DNA of 55,375 nucleotides from an uncultured Candidatus Saccharibacteria bacterium (GTDB lineage Bacteria; Patescibacteriota; Saccharimonadia; QS-5-54-17): NCBI GenBank assembly GCA_964489295.1, contig CAZAXT010000001.1, positions 1 to 55,375 of the forward strand, read 5' to 3'. Shown piece by piece: positions 55,191 to 55,375 of this stretch (position 1 is its first letter; each line of letters starts with the position of its first letter). The notes under the pieces were generated by a model. It saw only the letters and a program-made list of their open reading frames with translations, ran no database searches and was not told where the DNA came from. The position numbers and the translations under genes were made by a program.

Positions 55191-55375
55191 TCATGACTGC
55201 TCCCGGTTCTCCATGTCGGCACTGTGAAGGGTATCGAGAATGGGTTCGATATTTCCTTCCATGATAGCGTGAAGATTATGCCAGTTGGTGTTGACTCGGT
55301 GGTCAGTCAATCGGTCCTGAGGGAAATTGTAAGTCCGGATCTTTTCCGAACGATCCCCGGTGCCGATTTGGTTCT
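55191..55375 (-). CDS. prfA: Peptide chain release factor 1, C-terminal fragment (runs off the window)
   Basis: Minus-strand translation ...[60 protein letters not shown]; matches the conserved RF1 region after GGQ. Confidence 0.9.
   Translation of the reverse strand, partial: NQIGTGDRSEKIRTYNFPQDRLTDHRVNTNWHNLHAIMEGNIEPILDTLHSADMENREQS

Overview
This is a 55.4-kb, about 50% GC, standard-code (TGA = stop) bacterial core-genome segment. Nearly all of it is housekeeping genes.

Gene order: radA, a class A PBP (minus strand), tyrS, recG, a Zn-phospholipase-C-like gene, rsmD, a CaCA antiporter, tRNA-Leu(UAG), hisS, tig and clpP. Then comes an almost uninterrupted plus-strand string: rpoB-rpoC, str (rpsL-rpsG-fusA-tuf), S10, spc, secY, infA-rpmJ, alpha (rpsM-rpsK-rpsD-rpoA-rplQ) and rplM-rpsI. 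After that: an RluA-type pseudouridine synthase, a SEDS protein, rplU, parAB, lepB (minus), an LCP protein, HtrA, prmC (minus) and the 3' end of prfA (minus).

Lineage (tentative): rpsE abuts rplO with no room for L30, adk and map are absent after secY, and rplJL is absent upstream of rpoB. Together with Gram-positive-type envelope genes, this points to a reduced-genome lineage such as Patescibacteria/CPR, possibly Saccharibacteria-like. This is inference only; no database search was possible.

Main finding: every long spacer inside the RNAP/ribosomal-protein string that lacks a recognisable promoter is filled end to end by one small ORF of 23-87 codons. Each starts at or next to the upstream stop codon and ends on or next to the downstream start codon. 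I propose these are translational relay (bridging) ORFs.

Other findings:
- Related heptamer arrays (GCAACAC and its complement) sit in three of these spacers.
- A NUDIX / small membrane protein / DUF3152-like HExxH protein cassette splits rpsJ from rplC, and a new promoter precedes rplC.
- An AT-rich orphan gene with a perfect TTGACA-N17-TATAAT promoter is wedged between prfA and prmC.
- A Zn-PLC-fold protein lies between recG and rsmD.
- An HExxH orphan is appended to rplM-rpsI.
- Several non-ribosomal genes have -10 or extended -10 boxes 6-9 nt from the start codon, which suggests leaderless mRNAs.

No CRISPR arrays, mobile elements or rRNA genes were seen.

All product calls rest on motif recognition by eye. 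Start codons were chosen by Shine-Dalgarno (SD) position and N-terminal conservation, and several differ from the supplied ORF track.
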